In this document: piece by piece, positions 29,142-39,952 of the stretch
Layout of the letters: each line of letters begins with the position of its first letter
Numbering within the stretch: position 1 is the first letter of the stretch
Source: a bacterium
Lineage (GTDB): Bacteria > Hinthialibacterota > Hinthialibacteria > Hinthialibacterales > Hinthialibacteraceae
Reading direction: 5' to 3'
Assembly: GCA_963662285.2 (NCBI GenBank)
Contig: CAXXMV010000001.1
Span: 928,001 to 992,000, forward strand
Length of the DNA stretch: 64,000 nt
Translations under genes and position numbers: made by a program
The notes under the pieces: model-generated
Told to the model about the DNA's origin: nothing
The model's input: the letters and a program-made list of their open reading frames with translations, nothing else
Database searches by the model: none

Positions 29142-30320
29142 TTACTCCTTTTCCACCAATATTGATTGGATCACAGCGAAAAGTTCTTCTTTTTTAAATG
29201 GCTTTTGCAAAAACCTCGTTTTCCCACTTAAAGGAAAATGGTTAAGAATATTTTTTTCATTTTGCAATGCACTGTAAAATACGATTCTAGCGCCTGGATC
29301 AATCCCTCTAATCAATTTTGCAACCTCAATACCGTCAATTCCTGGAACAAATACATCTAGCAAAAAAATATCAATTTCCGACAAGTGCATAGAAGGCAAC
29401 AGATTAGCCAGTTCCTGTCCATTATCATATATTGAAACATCAAAACCATGCTGAACCAATAGGTTTTGAATAAACTCAGATACCATTTTCTGGTCTTCCA
29501 GAATTAACATATTCTTTTTGTGATCATAGGTTTGAAAATGTTGTTTTGAGTCAATATCTGAATCTACCGAAACCGGCGCAGTCGATTGAAATGGGATAGA
29601 AATAGAATATTTTGCTGGTGATATACTATTTCTATCATATACAATTTCACACCCGGATTTCCCCGCGATTTCATGAGCCAGTTCTAAACTGACTTTTTTA
29701 ATAATTCGCGAAGATGTTGCAGATTCATTATGATCATATAGGATAGAATTAGTAGAAACCATCCTCCGAGGAATGACGTCAATTACCAAATTCGCATCAT
29801 TTTCTTTACCGTAATTTAGATCAATTACGGCTTCAACCCGGATATCTCCCTGGGCGGATAGATCTGCCTTGGCCGCCAATAAGACATAAAGCAGCAATAA
29901 CGGCAATTGATTTACCGCAATATAATGACCTGATAAGGACTCGTCCGGCTTATAAACAATGGAACAATTCGAACCAAAAGTTTTATCACAGAAATCAATC
30001 ACTCTGATTAATCTCTCATTGATACAACTCGAAGCATCTCCATCTGTGCGAAATAAATCCAAAAAATCATTACTGATTGTTTTATTTTTTTCACAACACT
30101 GAATAGAACGTTCAATAAAAGAAATTACATCTTCAGATAATGAGGGAGTTTTCCGGGCAAGGATAAGATATCCCAAAATCCCGGTTAATTGATTATTAGA
30201 TTCATGCAAAACTTTCCTGGTCAGCGATCCAATAATCGCTAATTCAAAAATTTCTCTTATTGCATCATCAGATACTGATTGATGCAATAATTCTTCAAAT
30301 AAACCAGAATGTTCCAACAT
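29142..30320 (-). CDS. Hybrid HisKA + degenerate HATPase + receiver domain protein
   Basis: H-box LHESNNQLTGILGY; intact REC (LILED, LLDVFVPGIDG, YSA, FLQKPF); N and G boxes not recognisable. Confidence 0.8.
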   Translation of the reverse strand: MLEHSGLFEELLHQSVSDDAIREIFELAIIGSLTRKVLHESNNQLTGILGYLILARKTPSLSEDVISFIERSIQCCEKNKTISNDFLDLFRTDGDASSCINERLIRVIDFCDKTFGSNCSIVYKPDESLSGHYIAVNQLPLLLLYVLLAAKADLSAQGDIRVEAVIDLNYGKENDANLVIDVIPRRMVSTNSILYDHNESATSSRIIKKVSLELAHEIAGKSGCEIVYDRNSISPAKYSISIPFQSTAPVSVDSDIDSKQHFQTYDHKKNMLILEDQKMVSEFIQNLLVQHGFDVSIYDNGQELANLLPSMHLSEIDIFLLDVFVPGIDGIEVAKLIRGIDPGARIVFYSALQNEKNILNHFPLSGKTRFLQKPFKKEELFAVIQSILVEKE

Positions 30321-30383
30321 TTTTCCTACACAGCATATTTATACAGATTTTACTATAATCAAACAAATCTCAAAGTCAAATTA

Positions 30384-32747
30384 TTATGTTTTTTTACTTA
30401 TAAAAAAAATACTTAAAATTATCAAAATGCTAATTACCGTAATAATAACACCAATAGTAAAACCAGTTAAAGGCTGCATCGCAAATGGCGTTATCGAAAG
30501 CGAAATATGATGTTTTCCACTCGACGCCTTAACTGCTAAAAAGGTATCTTTATATTTTTCGATAGAAACATCCTGCTGGGTTTCTTCAAGCCTCCATCCC
30601 TTATAATAATTCTGGGGGATTATAATACTGTTAGCAATTGGAGTATTAATGCTAAAATTGATATATGAAGGCTCCATTACGAGAACATCAATCTTTGATT
30701 CTTTTTCTCGTTCCGCGAAATAAATCGGTTGCCCGATACTATTAACGCAATATACCTTTAATCCTGAATTCGCATTGCACCATATTTCATCAAACGGTTT
30801 TGATAACGATTGAGTGGTAAGAACTAAACTAACGTTCATGGTGCACAAATCTTCCTGCGCAGGAACAGAAGGGAATAACAAAAGACCGCCTTGCGGCGCA
30901 TCAGGGTCTTTACCATAGATTCGATTTACATAACCCGCATAAGAACGAAGAATTAATGGATCATAACCTCGAACCGTCATTATTCCATAATGCATCAATC
31001 GATTGGGACGCAACTCAGGATGAGTGTTTATCGCAGGATACCCAATCGCATCATCTAAACAGAGAATCCTTCCCCCATTAGCATGATTCTTTAATACCTG
31101 CACTAGTTCGGTTTCAGGAAAAAAAGTCTCACGCCATTGATCAGCGGGAAGCGTTTTAACAAAACGCGCTGAAAAGAAAAGCAGATCAAACACCAAAATC
31201 GACGCTGGAACAATCCAGATATGACGTTTTCTCATACGTAGAACAGCAAAAAGGCTGATCCAACCAGCCGCCGCCCACGCACATGCTTGCAAACAGGAGT
31301 TCAGCATCCATGCATAACGCGTTTCAAAGAGGATGTTAGGGAGTCTCTGGCCGATTGCCGCCCGATTGGTAAACCACAATTGATATTCTGCAATGGTACG
31401 ATCTATCTCGAATTCTCTCAATAAATTAAGCAAAGCGGGTTTTGATCCCGATAAAATAATAGTCAAGACCAATAACAATACCGAAGCGATCACTCCGGTT
31501 TTCAACTGCCATGAATTGATTGTGACGGAAAAATCATTGCGGCGCCAACACATCATACCCCGTGCTGATAATACCGATACGCCAATAATGAACATCAAGA
31601 GCAACCTGCCGGGAACCCTGAAATAACTCCAACCGGGAAGTCCATAATATAAAAGCGGGTAGAGTGGATTGTATTCCCCCATGGCAAAGAGAATCCCGAA
31701 TATTGTAACAAAAAGAAAGAACCAGGCATCCCACCTCCTAAACTGCTCCAAATTATCCCGTTTTTTCTCTGATATAGGTATAAAAGCCAATAAAAGCAAT
31801 ATTAAAGGCAACACTCCACAATATCCACTGATTTCGTGATACCCGGTTTTAGTCTCCCAAAAACGGCCTTCGCGCGCTTCGCTGGTTGGATCGCCATAAA
31901 AAAAGGGAATGGCCAGAGTAATAATATGCTGTGGAGGCATCGAATCGCTGGTGGCGAATTGGTAATCCGCCCCTCCTGCGCGACTGGCTGTTTCAGAAGA
32001 CAATTCTAAAAGAGGAACTATGACAAATGCCGCCAACCCTAAAGCCAAAGCCTGCCCCGCCAGAGTCCATAATGGATACGGAATAAGGTCTTTAATTCGT
32101 CCACTGCTCCGCATATCTCCCAAGCCCCACCACACCGCCCGGAACATGAGTAGATAATACACATAAAGAGGGATTTGAGTGTGCCCGGCATAAAATAGCC
32201 CGGATAGGACAATGGCGAACAAGGCCAAACTCTTTAACCGGAGCCGGTCACGCCAACAAGTCTGAATATACAACGCAAAGGGTAAAAGAGCATAAGCCCT
32301 GGCGTGTATCAAATGTCCATCATGTCCATGAGTAATGAAAAAACCAGACCAACCATAAGCCAACGCCCCCAATACAGCGCCGCCTTTATCACCCCACAAT
32401 TTATATAGAAACAGGTACATTCCCAAAAGAGACAACGCATGATGAAACGCTAGAGATAATGAAAAAGTACTCTCAACCGACAAAAACAGGTTCAATAAAT
32501 TCCAGGGATAAAAAAGTGAGGTCTGAATATTGGCGGCGAACGGCGTTCCGCAAAATACCCAAGGATTCCATATCGGAAAACGTCCCTGCCAAATCTCATG
32601 CAACGCAAATTCGCGCCAGGGAACGAATTGATTAATCATATCTCCACCGCAAATTATCTCACCGGCGAAAATAATTCGCCAATAATAAACCAGTAGCGGA
32701 ATAATTAAAAAAATCAAGTAAGGAATGTGTGATCCAATGCGTTTCAT
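30384..32747 (-). CDS. YfhO-like polytopic membrane protein (GT-C fold glycosyltransferase-like)
   Basis: GDMINQFVPW, PIWNPWVFCGTPFAAN, FRVPGR, YYKGW; many TM segments. Confidence 0.8.
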   Translation of the reverse strand: MKRIGSHIPYLIFLIIPLLVYYWRIIFAGEIICGGDMINQFVPWREFALHEIWQGRFPIWNPWVFCGTPFAANIQTSLFYPWNLLNLFLSVESTFSLSLAFHHALSLLGMYLFLYKLWGDKGGAVLGALAYGWSGFFITHGHDGHLIHARAYALLPFALYIQTCWRDRLRLKSLALFAIVLSGLFYAGHTQIPLYVYYLLMFRAVWWGLGDMRSSGRIKDLIPYPLWTLAGQALALGLAAFVIVPLLELSSETASRAGGADYQFATSDSMPPQHIITLAIPFFYGDPTSEAREGRFWETKTGYHEISGYCGVLPLILLLLAFIPISEKKRDNLEQFRRWDAWFFLFVTIFGILFAMGEYNPLYPLLYYGLPGWSYFRVPGRLLLMFIIGVSVLSARGMMCWRRNDFSVTINSWQLKTGVIASVLLLVLTIILSGSKPALLNLLREFEIDRTIAEYQLWFTNRAAIGQRLPNILFETRYAWMLNSCLQACAWAAAGWISLFAVLRMRKRHIWIVPASILVFDLLFFSARFVKTLPADQWRETFFPETELVQVLKNHANGGRILCLDDAIGYPAINTHPELRPNRLMHYGIMTVRGYDPLILRSYAGYVNRIYGKDPDAPQGGLLLFPSVPAQEDLCTMNVSLVLTTQSLSKPFDEIWCNANSGLKVYCVNSIGQPIYFAEREKESKIDVLVMEPSYINFSINTPIANSIIIPQNYYKGWRLEETQQDVSIEKYKDTFLAVKASSGKHHISLSITPFAMQPLTGFTIGVIITVISILIILSIFFISKKT

Positions 32748-33064
32748 ATTAGTTTCAAGACCATCAAATCAGATATTTTAATTACACTCCAACAATGTCA
32801 ATCCTTTAGCACCATACCACAGAGCATAATTCTGATCCATCCTCAAACCAAGCAATGGATAAACATCAAAAGATAATGGAAAATTATCTTATCTAAGAGT
32901 TTACACTCTGTATTAGTAGATTTGTTGGCTATAATAATTGTAACGCGTTATTTAAATTATAAATAATTGGTTTGGCGGAAATTAACAATCTTATTGATTT
33001 TATTTCTTTAGATCATGAAATATCGAACGCCAGCCAATCAAGAAATGAAACGGAGGATATATCA

Positions 33065-33616
33065 GTGCAGATTTCTATTGTTGGAAGGCATATAGATATC
33101 ACCGATGCCATTCGGGATTACGTGGAAAAGAAACTGCAAAAACTGAAGAAATATTTCCCGTATTTGGTTGATGTTCGGGTGGTTTTTTATACTCAGAAGA
33201 TCAATCAGGTCGTGGAAATCACTATCCAAGCAAATCGCTTCACAATACATGGTGAAGAAAAATCGCAGGATTTATACGCTTCGGTTGATCTGGTAATTGA
33301 AAAATTAGACGCACAACTCAAAAAACATAAAGAGCGAATCCATCGAAAGCATCAAAAAAAGCAAAAACATGAAGAAGAACTTAACATGAGTATTTCGGTG
33401 TTTGAGCGGGATGATATTGAAGAGAATAATCCTGAACCGGAGATTATTCATACCAGGCGATTAGCCATCAAACCCATGTCAATCGATGAAGCCGCTATGC
33501 AAATGGATTTGATCAACCAGGAATTCCTGGTATTCAGAAATGCCATATCGAATGGCATTAATGTGCTTTACCGTCGGGATGATGGAAATTATGGTCTAAT
33601 AGAACCAGAGTATTAA
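33065..33616 (+). CDS. hpf: Ribosome hibernation promoting factor (long HPF/RaiA)
   Basis: GRHIDITDAIRDYVEKKL, DLYASVDLV, KPMSIDEAAMQM; GTG 33065 after GGAGGA. Confidence 0.93.
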   Translation: MQISIVGRHIDITDAIRDYVEKKLQKLKKYFPYLVDVRVVFYTQKINQVVEITIQANRFTIHGEEKSQDLYASVDLVIEKLDAQLKKHKERIHRKHQKKQKHEEELNMSISVFERDDIEENNPEPEIIHTRRLAIKPMSIDEAAMQMDLINQEFLVFRNAISNGINVLYRRDDGNYGLIEPEY

Positions 33617-33707
33617 AACTTACAGTAAAAGCGCTGGAGATGATCGGTCTCTATAATCCGGTCAGTCGAACAGACTAAAAAACAACTAGAAAAACGGATT
33701 CAAAGAC

Positions 33708-34187
33708 ATGAACTTCTTAGATATGATATCTCCTCATTGCATTCGGGTTCCGCTTCAGTCAAAAAGCAAAAAAGACGTGATTGAGGAATTAGTGGAATTA
33801 CTTGTATCAGTAAAAAAACTACCGCATCGAGATGCTATTCATGAGGCGTTGATTGAACGGGAAGAAGTCGGAAGCACCGGTATTGGCCATGGAGTCGCGC
33901 TTCCCCACGCCAAATGCGCTGAAGTCAAAGAAATTTATGTTGCCTGCGGCATTGCGCCGGAGGGAATTGATTTCGATGCTTTAGATGGAGAACTGGTTTA
34001 TATTTTCTTCTTGATCCTAGCTCCACGTTCCGCCCCGGGACAACACCTCAAAGTAATGTCCATTTTGACTCGTTTTTTGGGCCGGGCATCTTCTAGAGAA
34101 GCTTTACTCAAAGCTTCCGATAGCGACGAAATTTATTCCGTATTATGCGATCTTAACGAATCACAATCGGCTGCAGGTGCAACATGA
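33708..34187 (+). CDS. ptsN: PTS EIIA component (Ntr/fructose type)
   Basis: EREEVGSTGIGHGVALPHAK, GIDFDALDG. Confidence 0.88.
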   Translation: MNFLDMISPHCIRVPLQSKSKKDVIEELVELLVSVKKLPHRDAIHEALIEREEVGSTGIGHGVALPHAKCAEVKEIYVACGIAPEGIDFDALDGELVYIFFLILAPRSAPGQHLKVMSILTRFLGRASSREALLKASDSDEIYSVLCDLNESQSAAGAT

Positions 34188-35146
34188 ACGAAGAACGCGT
34201 ATTCATGCCTAATCCAGTTCCAGTCAGCAGACTGCTGGAATGGAGCGACTTGGATTTAAGAGTTGTCGCAGGAGAGAGCGGCCTAACTCGAAAAATCGAA
34301 CGTCCCGAACTAAACCGTCCGGCTCTGGAAATGGCGGGATTTTTCGAAAAATGGCAGTGCGACCGAATTCAAATACTTGGAACTGGAGAGATTGCCTATC
34401 TCGAAGCGCATCGCAACGACAAAGCAGTTGCGCATAATATTGAGCATATATTCTCATCTCCCCCTCCCTGCGTGATTATCACAGGCAATCTTCCCATATT
34501 TGATGAAATAATTTCACTCGCCAATCAATATGGCGTTTCAATATTCGTATCATCACACCACACAACAATCTTCACCAAACGACTCTGGGATCACCTCGAA
34601 AAGGAACTGAGTCCTTACGTGGTGAAGCGGGGCGTACTGATGGATGTCTTCAACCTGGGAGTCCTCATTACCGGCCCCAGTTCCATCGGAAAGAGCGAAA
34701 GCGCCCTTGAACTGATGAACAAAGGACATACCTTCGTCGCCGATGACCTGATTTTAATTAAAGGCGGGGGATTATCCAAACTCACTGGAACGGGGCGCTC
34801 CCCAGTACCTTACCATATGGAGATACGCGGTATCGGAATTATTGATGTAAACCGAATGTATGGCCCCAGAGTAGTTCGAATGGAAAAACAACTCGATCTG
34901 GTTGTCGAACTGGAAGACTGGGATATCCTCAAAGAATATGAACGATTAGGCATTGAAAGTAAGACCACCAAAATACTAGGTATTGATTTGCCCTACTACA
35001 AAATACCTGTTAAGCCGGGAAGAAATGTAAGCACAATCGTGGAAGTCGCCGTATTGGATCACAAATTAAAAGAATCTGGCGTTCGCATGGCAAAAGAATT
35101 CGATGAGAATCTTATCAAGGCTATGCAGAAACATGAAGGACGTTAA
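34184..35146 (+). CDS. hprK: HPr kinase/phosphorylase
   Basis: Walker A GPSSIGKSE, FVADD, MEIRGIGII, PVKPGRN. Confidence 0.95.
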   Translation: MNEERVFMPNPVPVSRLLEWSDLDLRVVAGESGLTRKIERPELNRPALEMAGFFEKWQCDRIQILGTGEIAYLEAHRNDKAVAHNIEHIFSSPPPCVIITGNLPIFDEIISLANQYGVSIFVSSHHTTIFTKRLWDHLEKELSPYVVKRGVLMDVFNLGVLITGPSSIGKSESALELMNKGHTFVADDLILIKGGGLSKLTGTGRSPVPYHMEIRGIGIIDVNRMYGPRVVRMEKQLDLVVELEDWDILKEYERLGIESKTTKILGIDLPYYKIPVKPGRNVSTIVEVAVLDHKLKESGVRMAKEFDENLIKAMQKHEGR

Positions 35147-35151
35147 ATTAA

Positions 35152-35433
35152 ATGTCCAATAGCAACTCAATTACAAAGACATTTACCATAATAAACGAAC
35201 TGGGTCTTCATGCCCGGCCAGCGATGCTATTAGTGCAAGCTATTTCAAGACTGGAATGTTCCGTTAATATCGAAAAAGATGGTTTTGAAGCTGACGCCAA
35301 AAGCATCATGGGCGTTCTAACTCTTGCGGCGGAACAGAACAGTCATATTATTGTGCGGGCCGAAGGGCCTGATGCGGAGAAAGCCATCAATGCCATCGAG
35401 AAACTCGTCGAGGAGAAGTTTGGGGAAGATTAA
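35152..35433 (+). CDS. ptsH: Phosphocarrier protein HPr
   Basis: GLHARPA (His15) and DAKSIMGVL (Ser46). Confidence 0.95.
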   Translation: MSNSNSITKTFTIINELGLHARPAMLLVQAISRLECSVNIEKDGFEADAKSIMGVLTLAAEQNSHIIVRAEGPDAEKAINAIEKLVEEKFGED

Positions 35434-37213
35434 ACTCCGGGGGTCTGGCGTTTCATCCGGCGTGTCCATCGGTCACGTTCAGCTTTTTCACGTCTCCAAT
35501 CTTGAGGTCGGTGAATCTGTAGTCCTCAAAAATCACATAGAATCAGAAATCCAACGCTTCCAGGATGCTGTTTCCAAAACGTGCAAGCAAATTGAAGAGT
35601 TAGGAAAACGCGTCACCGAAAGAGGTGAAGATAAAGCACTGATCGAAGTGCTAACCCTTCACCTTCTTCTTCTCGAAGACAAGATGATCTATGATCGCAC
35701 CATAGAATTGGTGCGTGATAAACGATATGGATCGGAATACGCGCTTTCCTGCGTATTCCGCGAAGCCGAAGAACGATATTCAGACCTACCCGATTTATTC
35801 CGCGAACGCATTAAAGATGTAGAAGATATCTGCCGGCGCATTATGAACAATCTATGCGGCGTAGATGCTCAATCCCTGGAAGACGTCGAAGAAGAAGTAG
35901 TCATCGTTGCCCGCGACCTCTCTCCTTCCGACGCAGCCTCCATGCGAAGCGATAATATTCTGGGCTTCGTCACTGAGGCTGGCGGTAAAACATCTCATAC
36001 TGCCATTATCGCGCGCGCCCTGGAAATTCCCGCTGTGGTGGGCGTATCCGGCATCACCAAATTCACCAGAGACCATGACGTCATCATCATTGATGGCGAA
36101 TCCGGCTCTATCATCATTAACCCTACATCTAAAGAGATCAATGAATACCGCGATAAACAGCATCGACTGGATGTTCGTCAATCCCGTTTGATTGAATTGA
36201 GCGATTTTGAACCATATACTCTTGATGGCTTCAAAATCGAATTAGCGGCTAATATAGAATTCGCTTCCGAGGTAGAATCCATCGCCAAATACCGGGCTAA
36301 TGGCGTGGGCTTATATCGTACAGAATATCTCTTCCTGGATAGAATCGTAGTACCTTCAGAAAAAGAACAATATAAACACTATTTCGAAGTAGCGGAAAAG
36401 ATATTCCCCAATCCAGTCATTATCCGCACGCTGGACATCGGGGGGGATAAATTCGCTCACGCGCTAGACACGCCCCACGAAATGAATCCCTTTCTCGGAT
36501 GTCGCGCCATTCGTTTCTCATTAACCAATAAATCAATTTTCCGCACCCAATTACGCGCAATTCTCAGAGCCAGTACCTATCATAATCTTCTTATCATGTA
36601 CCCTCTTATTTCAGGACATGGGGAATTGATGGAAGCGAACGAACATTTGGAAGCAGTAAAAGACGAACTACGATCTAAAAACGTTAGTTTCGACGAAAAT
36701 ATCAAAGTTGGAGCAATGATTGAAGTACCCTCAGCGGTTATGGTCGCTCAAGATTTGGCCAAACACGTCGATTTCTTCAGCATTGGAACCAACGACTTGA
36801 TTCAATACACTCTGGCCGTTGACCGGGGCAACCAAAACATCGCTTACCTTTATCAACCGTTTCACCCGGCAGTATTACGCATGATCTCGAATGTCGTAGA
36901 TGTAGGTAGAGAATACAACATTCCCGTCAGCATCTGCGGAGAGATGGCCAGCGATCCGGTATGCGTATTAGTTTTATTGGCTCTAGGAATTGAACGCCTC
37001 TCCATGGCGCCAAACGCCATCCCCTCTATAAAGCAACTGGTTCGCGCCGTATCGATTGTTCGATTACGTGAATTCGGCAGTAAACTGTTGGGAATGGTAA
37101 GCGCTGAAGAGATCAAAATGCGCGTCATTGAAGCGCTTCCCAAACTACTGGCAGAGGGTGGTGAGGAAGTACTGGAGAACCTTAATGAATCCTCCATACT
37201 TGCATCCTCATAA
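35420..37213 (+). CDS. ptsI: PEP-protein phosphotransferase, enzyme I
   Basis: GGKTSHTAI, GLYRTEYLF, RTLDIGGDK, FSIGTNDLIQY; probable TTG start at 35420 after GAGGAG. Confidence 0.95.
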   Translation: MGKIKLRGSGVSSGVSIGHVQLFHVSNLEVGESVVLKNHIESEIQRFQDAVSKTCKQIEELGKRVTERGEDKALIEVLTLHLLLLEDKMIYDRTIELVRDKRYGSEYALSCVFREAEERYSDLPDLFRERIKDVEDICRRIMNNLCGVDAQSLEDVEEEVVIVARDLSPSDAASMRSDNILGFVTEAGGKTSHTAIIARALEIPAVVGVSGITKFTRDHDVIIIDGESGSIIINPTSKEINEYRDKQHRLDVRQSRLIELSDFEPYTLDGFKIELAANIEFASEVESIAKYRANGVGLYRTEYLFLDRIVVPSEKEQYKHYFEVAEKIFPNPVIIRTLDIGGDKFAHALDTPHEMNPFLGCRAIRFSLTNKSIFRTQLRAILRASTYHNLLIMYPLISGHGELMEANEHLEAVKDELRSKNVSFDENIKVGAMIEVPSAVMVAQDLAKHVDFFSIGTNDLIQYTLAVDRGNQNIAYLYQPFHPAVLRMISNVVDVGREYNIPVSICGEMASDPVCVLVLLALGIERLSMAPNAIPSIKQLVRAVSIVRLREFGSKLLGMVSAEEIKMRVIEALPKLLAEGGEEVLENLNESSILASS

Positions 37214-37490
37214 TCAGGGCGTTGTTCTTGCAGTCCGGGTTACGCCAAAGTCTTCTCAATCAAAAATCTCTGGAATTATCGGCGAAGAACTTAAAATAAT
37301 GCTCAACGCCCCGCCAGTTGATGGCAAAGCCAACCAGGAACTGATCAAACTATTATCAAAAACCTGTTCTATCCCCAAAAGCCATATAACCTTGTTGTCT
37401 GGAGAGACATCACGCTCCAAACGCCTGTTAATCAATGGCTTGGATGAACAAGACATTATTGATGCGCTTGGAGCTATTCTCAAAACATAA
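37185..37490 (+). CDS. DUF167/YggU family protein
   Basis: VRVTPKSS, APPVDGKAN, SGETSRSKRL. Confidence 0.88.
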   Translation: MNPPYLHPHNQGVVLAVRVTPKSSQSKISGIIGEELKIMLNAPPVDGKANQELIKLLSKTCSIPKSHITLLSGETSRSKRLLINGLDEQDIIDALGAILKT

Positions 37491-37518
37491 CGTAAATTTA
37501 TGCGTGCATTCCAACAAT

Positions 37519-39651
37519 TCACCAGGAAATATTCACCTGGACTCCATCCGGATGATTGGGATATCTAATCAACAAGGTCTTGCTTTTCTGATCCCATTCA
37601 GGCTGAATCTTGATATCTTCACCATCCGCTCCACGCACGGTTACCTTCTCTGGCTTAGAAGCCAACAGCACGCGAGCAATCCCATTGGTCGCACTGGGCG
37701 CTTTCATCACAAAAGAATATCCATCGGTGCTACGCGTCTCTTCATAAACCCGTGATCCAGAGGCTAGGATGCAAGGCGATTTTTTGGTATTCCGGTTCAG
37801 GTTATATAGAAACGCCCTTTGATTAGGTTCAATTTGTTTTTGATCCAGAATTGGCAATTCGGGATCAAATAAATCAATCACCGGCCCGCTAATTATATAT
37901 GGCTGGTCTGATACGCTCTCATCCAAAACCGCAGCAATATCAAACGCGCCGCGTTGAAGATGGAAATAGTTTTTCTCCTGAATTTCAATTCCACCTTGTT
38001 GGACGCAATCCAATAGCGCCTTTGATCCACCTTGTTTCATTACAAATTCTTTTGGTTCTTGAGGAATCCAAACCGCTTTCCCTTTACCATATCCGAAAAA
38101 TTCTATGCGGGAATTGGTTGGATCATATTGCAAAGCGCTGAGAAGGTGCTGCGCGGGAGTTTTTTTGGTTTTACCGTTTTCATTCCACCATTCACGGATG
38201 GATTGAAATGGATCGGCGTCGCTGCCGGCCAAAATCAAACACCCGCCATCCTGCACCCATTGCGTTAAAACATCATGATATACTCGGTTCAATGGCTTCA
38301 TGTTGGCGTAACTCATTATCAATATCTTTACGCCATCAAGCATATCGGGTTGGGTCAGGTTCTCCATTTGAACAAGCTGCACCGGAACGCCTTTCTTAAG
38401 CAAAGGCAACACCATGCCATAAAAATTAGACAAGCGGGGGTCTTCATATCCTGCATGCGTTGGAAAACGCTGAAACATCATGGTATCTGAAAGCAGGACG
38501 CCAATCCCCTCAGTTCCGGGAAGTTTCTGGTCGCTCTCCTCCATCTCGTTGAGCGCATTGATCAAAACCAGTAATTGCGTGGCGTATTTTTCGGGAATTC
38601 CCTGCCGCTGATCAGAATCACCTTTCTTGTATTTCCCGGTGAATATACGGCTGGGCCAAGGCATCACTTCATAATTGGCGACAGATGGATGCAGCAATTG
38701 CGCGGTGAATGTCGCTTCATAATTATAACGGTAATCATCCCATGAGTAATTAGGATTATCTTCTATAGGATCAGTTAAAAAGAAAACCCGGCGTCCCGTC
38801 GGCTTGGTCATGGCCACCATTGAACCATATTCCAAATAGGCATTCTCGAAGGTGCGTTCTTTTTCGATTCCCTCATAAAAAACCGGCGTTCTTGAAGTTC
38901 CGGTCCACACTTGCGCGATATAGCCATCCATACCTGGAAGATCAGACAGACTCGATTCAGGACTGACAATCTGCCAGGCGGAGTAATTGATCAATGAATG
39001 AGTGGGGACGTAACATCTGATACGCCGCCCTTTTTCTTCGCTATACTCTTTGGCATAAAGAAAGATTTCTTTCAATGCGCGGAAATAGAGCTGGTATTTC
39101 AGTTTGGCTGAACGGTAGGTGGCTTCGGGAGACTCATGCTGCGCCTGCCATGGTTCGTTATAATAGGCTTGCCATTCACGCTTAAATCCTTCGCTGTACC
39201 CTCCGCGATTCCAGAATTCAGGTTCTTCCAGATGAATAGCCGTCACTCCTTCATCAATAGCAACTTTTACCAGACTCTTTAGATATTCGATATAACTTGT
39301 ACTCGGAACCATATAAGGAATGGTGGGATTATGCAAAATCATCTTGCCATTACGCTGCACCTGTCCTTCGTCCATGTGTTTCTGGCCATCAAACTGGCCA
39401 TTCAAATATTCCTGATAATTGCCCCAGGCCACTCCAGTCATGAGGTGAATGCCATATCCACGGTCACGCCAACTTTTAACGCGATTGGGGAATGACTTAT
39501 TAACTCCATAAACAATGGCCACATCAGACCGTAGATCGAGCTCGGGAATCCAACCACGACTAGTCTGGAAGCAGGTTTTTTCGGGATTCTGCCCGAACGA
39601 CAAAATAACAAATCCAAACATTGATATTAACGTAATAATAAAACGCTTCAT
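37519..39651 (-). CDS. Secreted hypothetical protein, probable glycoside-hydrolase-like TIM barrel plus GATase-like trimerisation domain
   Basis: Signal peptide MKRFIITLISMFGFVILSFG; HLEEPEFW; LTQWVQDGGCLI resembles a beta-galactosidase trimerisation domain. Confidence 0.6.
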   Translation of the reverse strand: MKRFIITLISMFGFVILSFGQNPEKTCFQTSRGWIPELDLRSDVAIVYGVNKSFPNRVKSWRDRGYGIHLMTGVAWGNYQEYLNGQFDGQKHMDEGQVQRNGKMILHNPTIPYMVPSTSYIEYLKSLVKVAIDEGVTAIHLEEPEFWNRGGYSEGFKREWQAYYNEPWQAQHESPEATYRSAKLKYQLYFRALKEIFLYAKEYSEEKGRRIRCYVPTHSLINYSAWQIVSPESSLSDLPGMDGYIAQVWTGTSRTPVFYEGIEKERTFENAYLEYGSMVAMTKPTGRRVFFLTDPIEDNPNYSWDDYRYNYEATFTAQLLHPSVANYEVMPWPSRIFTGKYKKGDSDQRQGIPEKYATQLLVLINALNEMEESDQKLPGTEGIGVLLSDTMMFQRFPTHAGYEDPRLSNFYGMVLPLLKKGVPVQLVQMENLTQPDMLDGVKILIMSYANMKPLNRVYHDVLTQWVQDGGCLILAGSDADPFQSIREWWNENGKTKKTPAQHLLSALQYDPTNSRIEFFGYGKGKAVWIPQEPKEFVMKQGGSKALLDCVQQGGIEIQEKNYFHLQRGAFDIAAVLDESVSDQPYIISGPVIDLFDPELPILDQKQIEPNQRAFLYNLNRNTKKSPCILASGSRVYEETRSTDGYSFVMKAPSATNGIARVLLASKPEKVTVRGADGEDIKIQPEWDQKSKTLLIRYPNHPDGVQVNISW

Positions 39652-39952
39652 TTCATTCTCCATAATCATTAATAAATTATTAAGGTTCAAAAACATACGT
39701 AGAAGAAACTACAGTATATGGCTGCGCGAAATAGACGCCTAGAGATATCCGCAATCAATATTCATGCGATATAGTTCACGGCGCAATTTAATACAATAAT
39801 TTGTTTATTTAAAAATCACACAAGGATGCCCGCAAACTGCATATAGGTTTTTATAAATGAAAAATCAATGTAATGCATTGCGGTTAGACGCTTGATGTTT
39901 TATAGTGGAATTTGATTATGTATCACTCATTTATTCCATGGAGGAAAAATTT

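Noticed and set aside
35324-35419. N-terminal extension of PtsI overlapping HPr
   Set aside because: TTG at 35420 with GAGGAG gives a normal enzyme I start.
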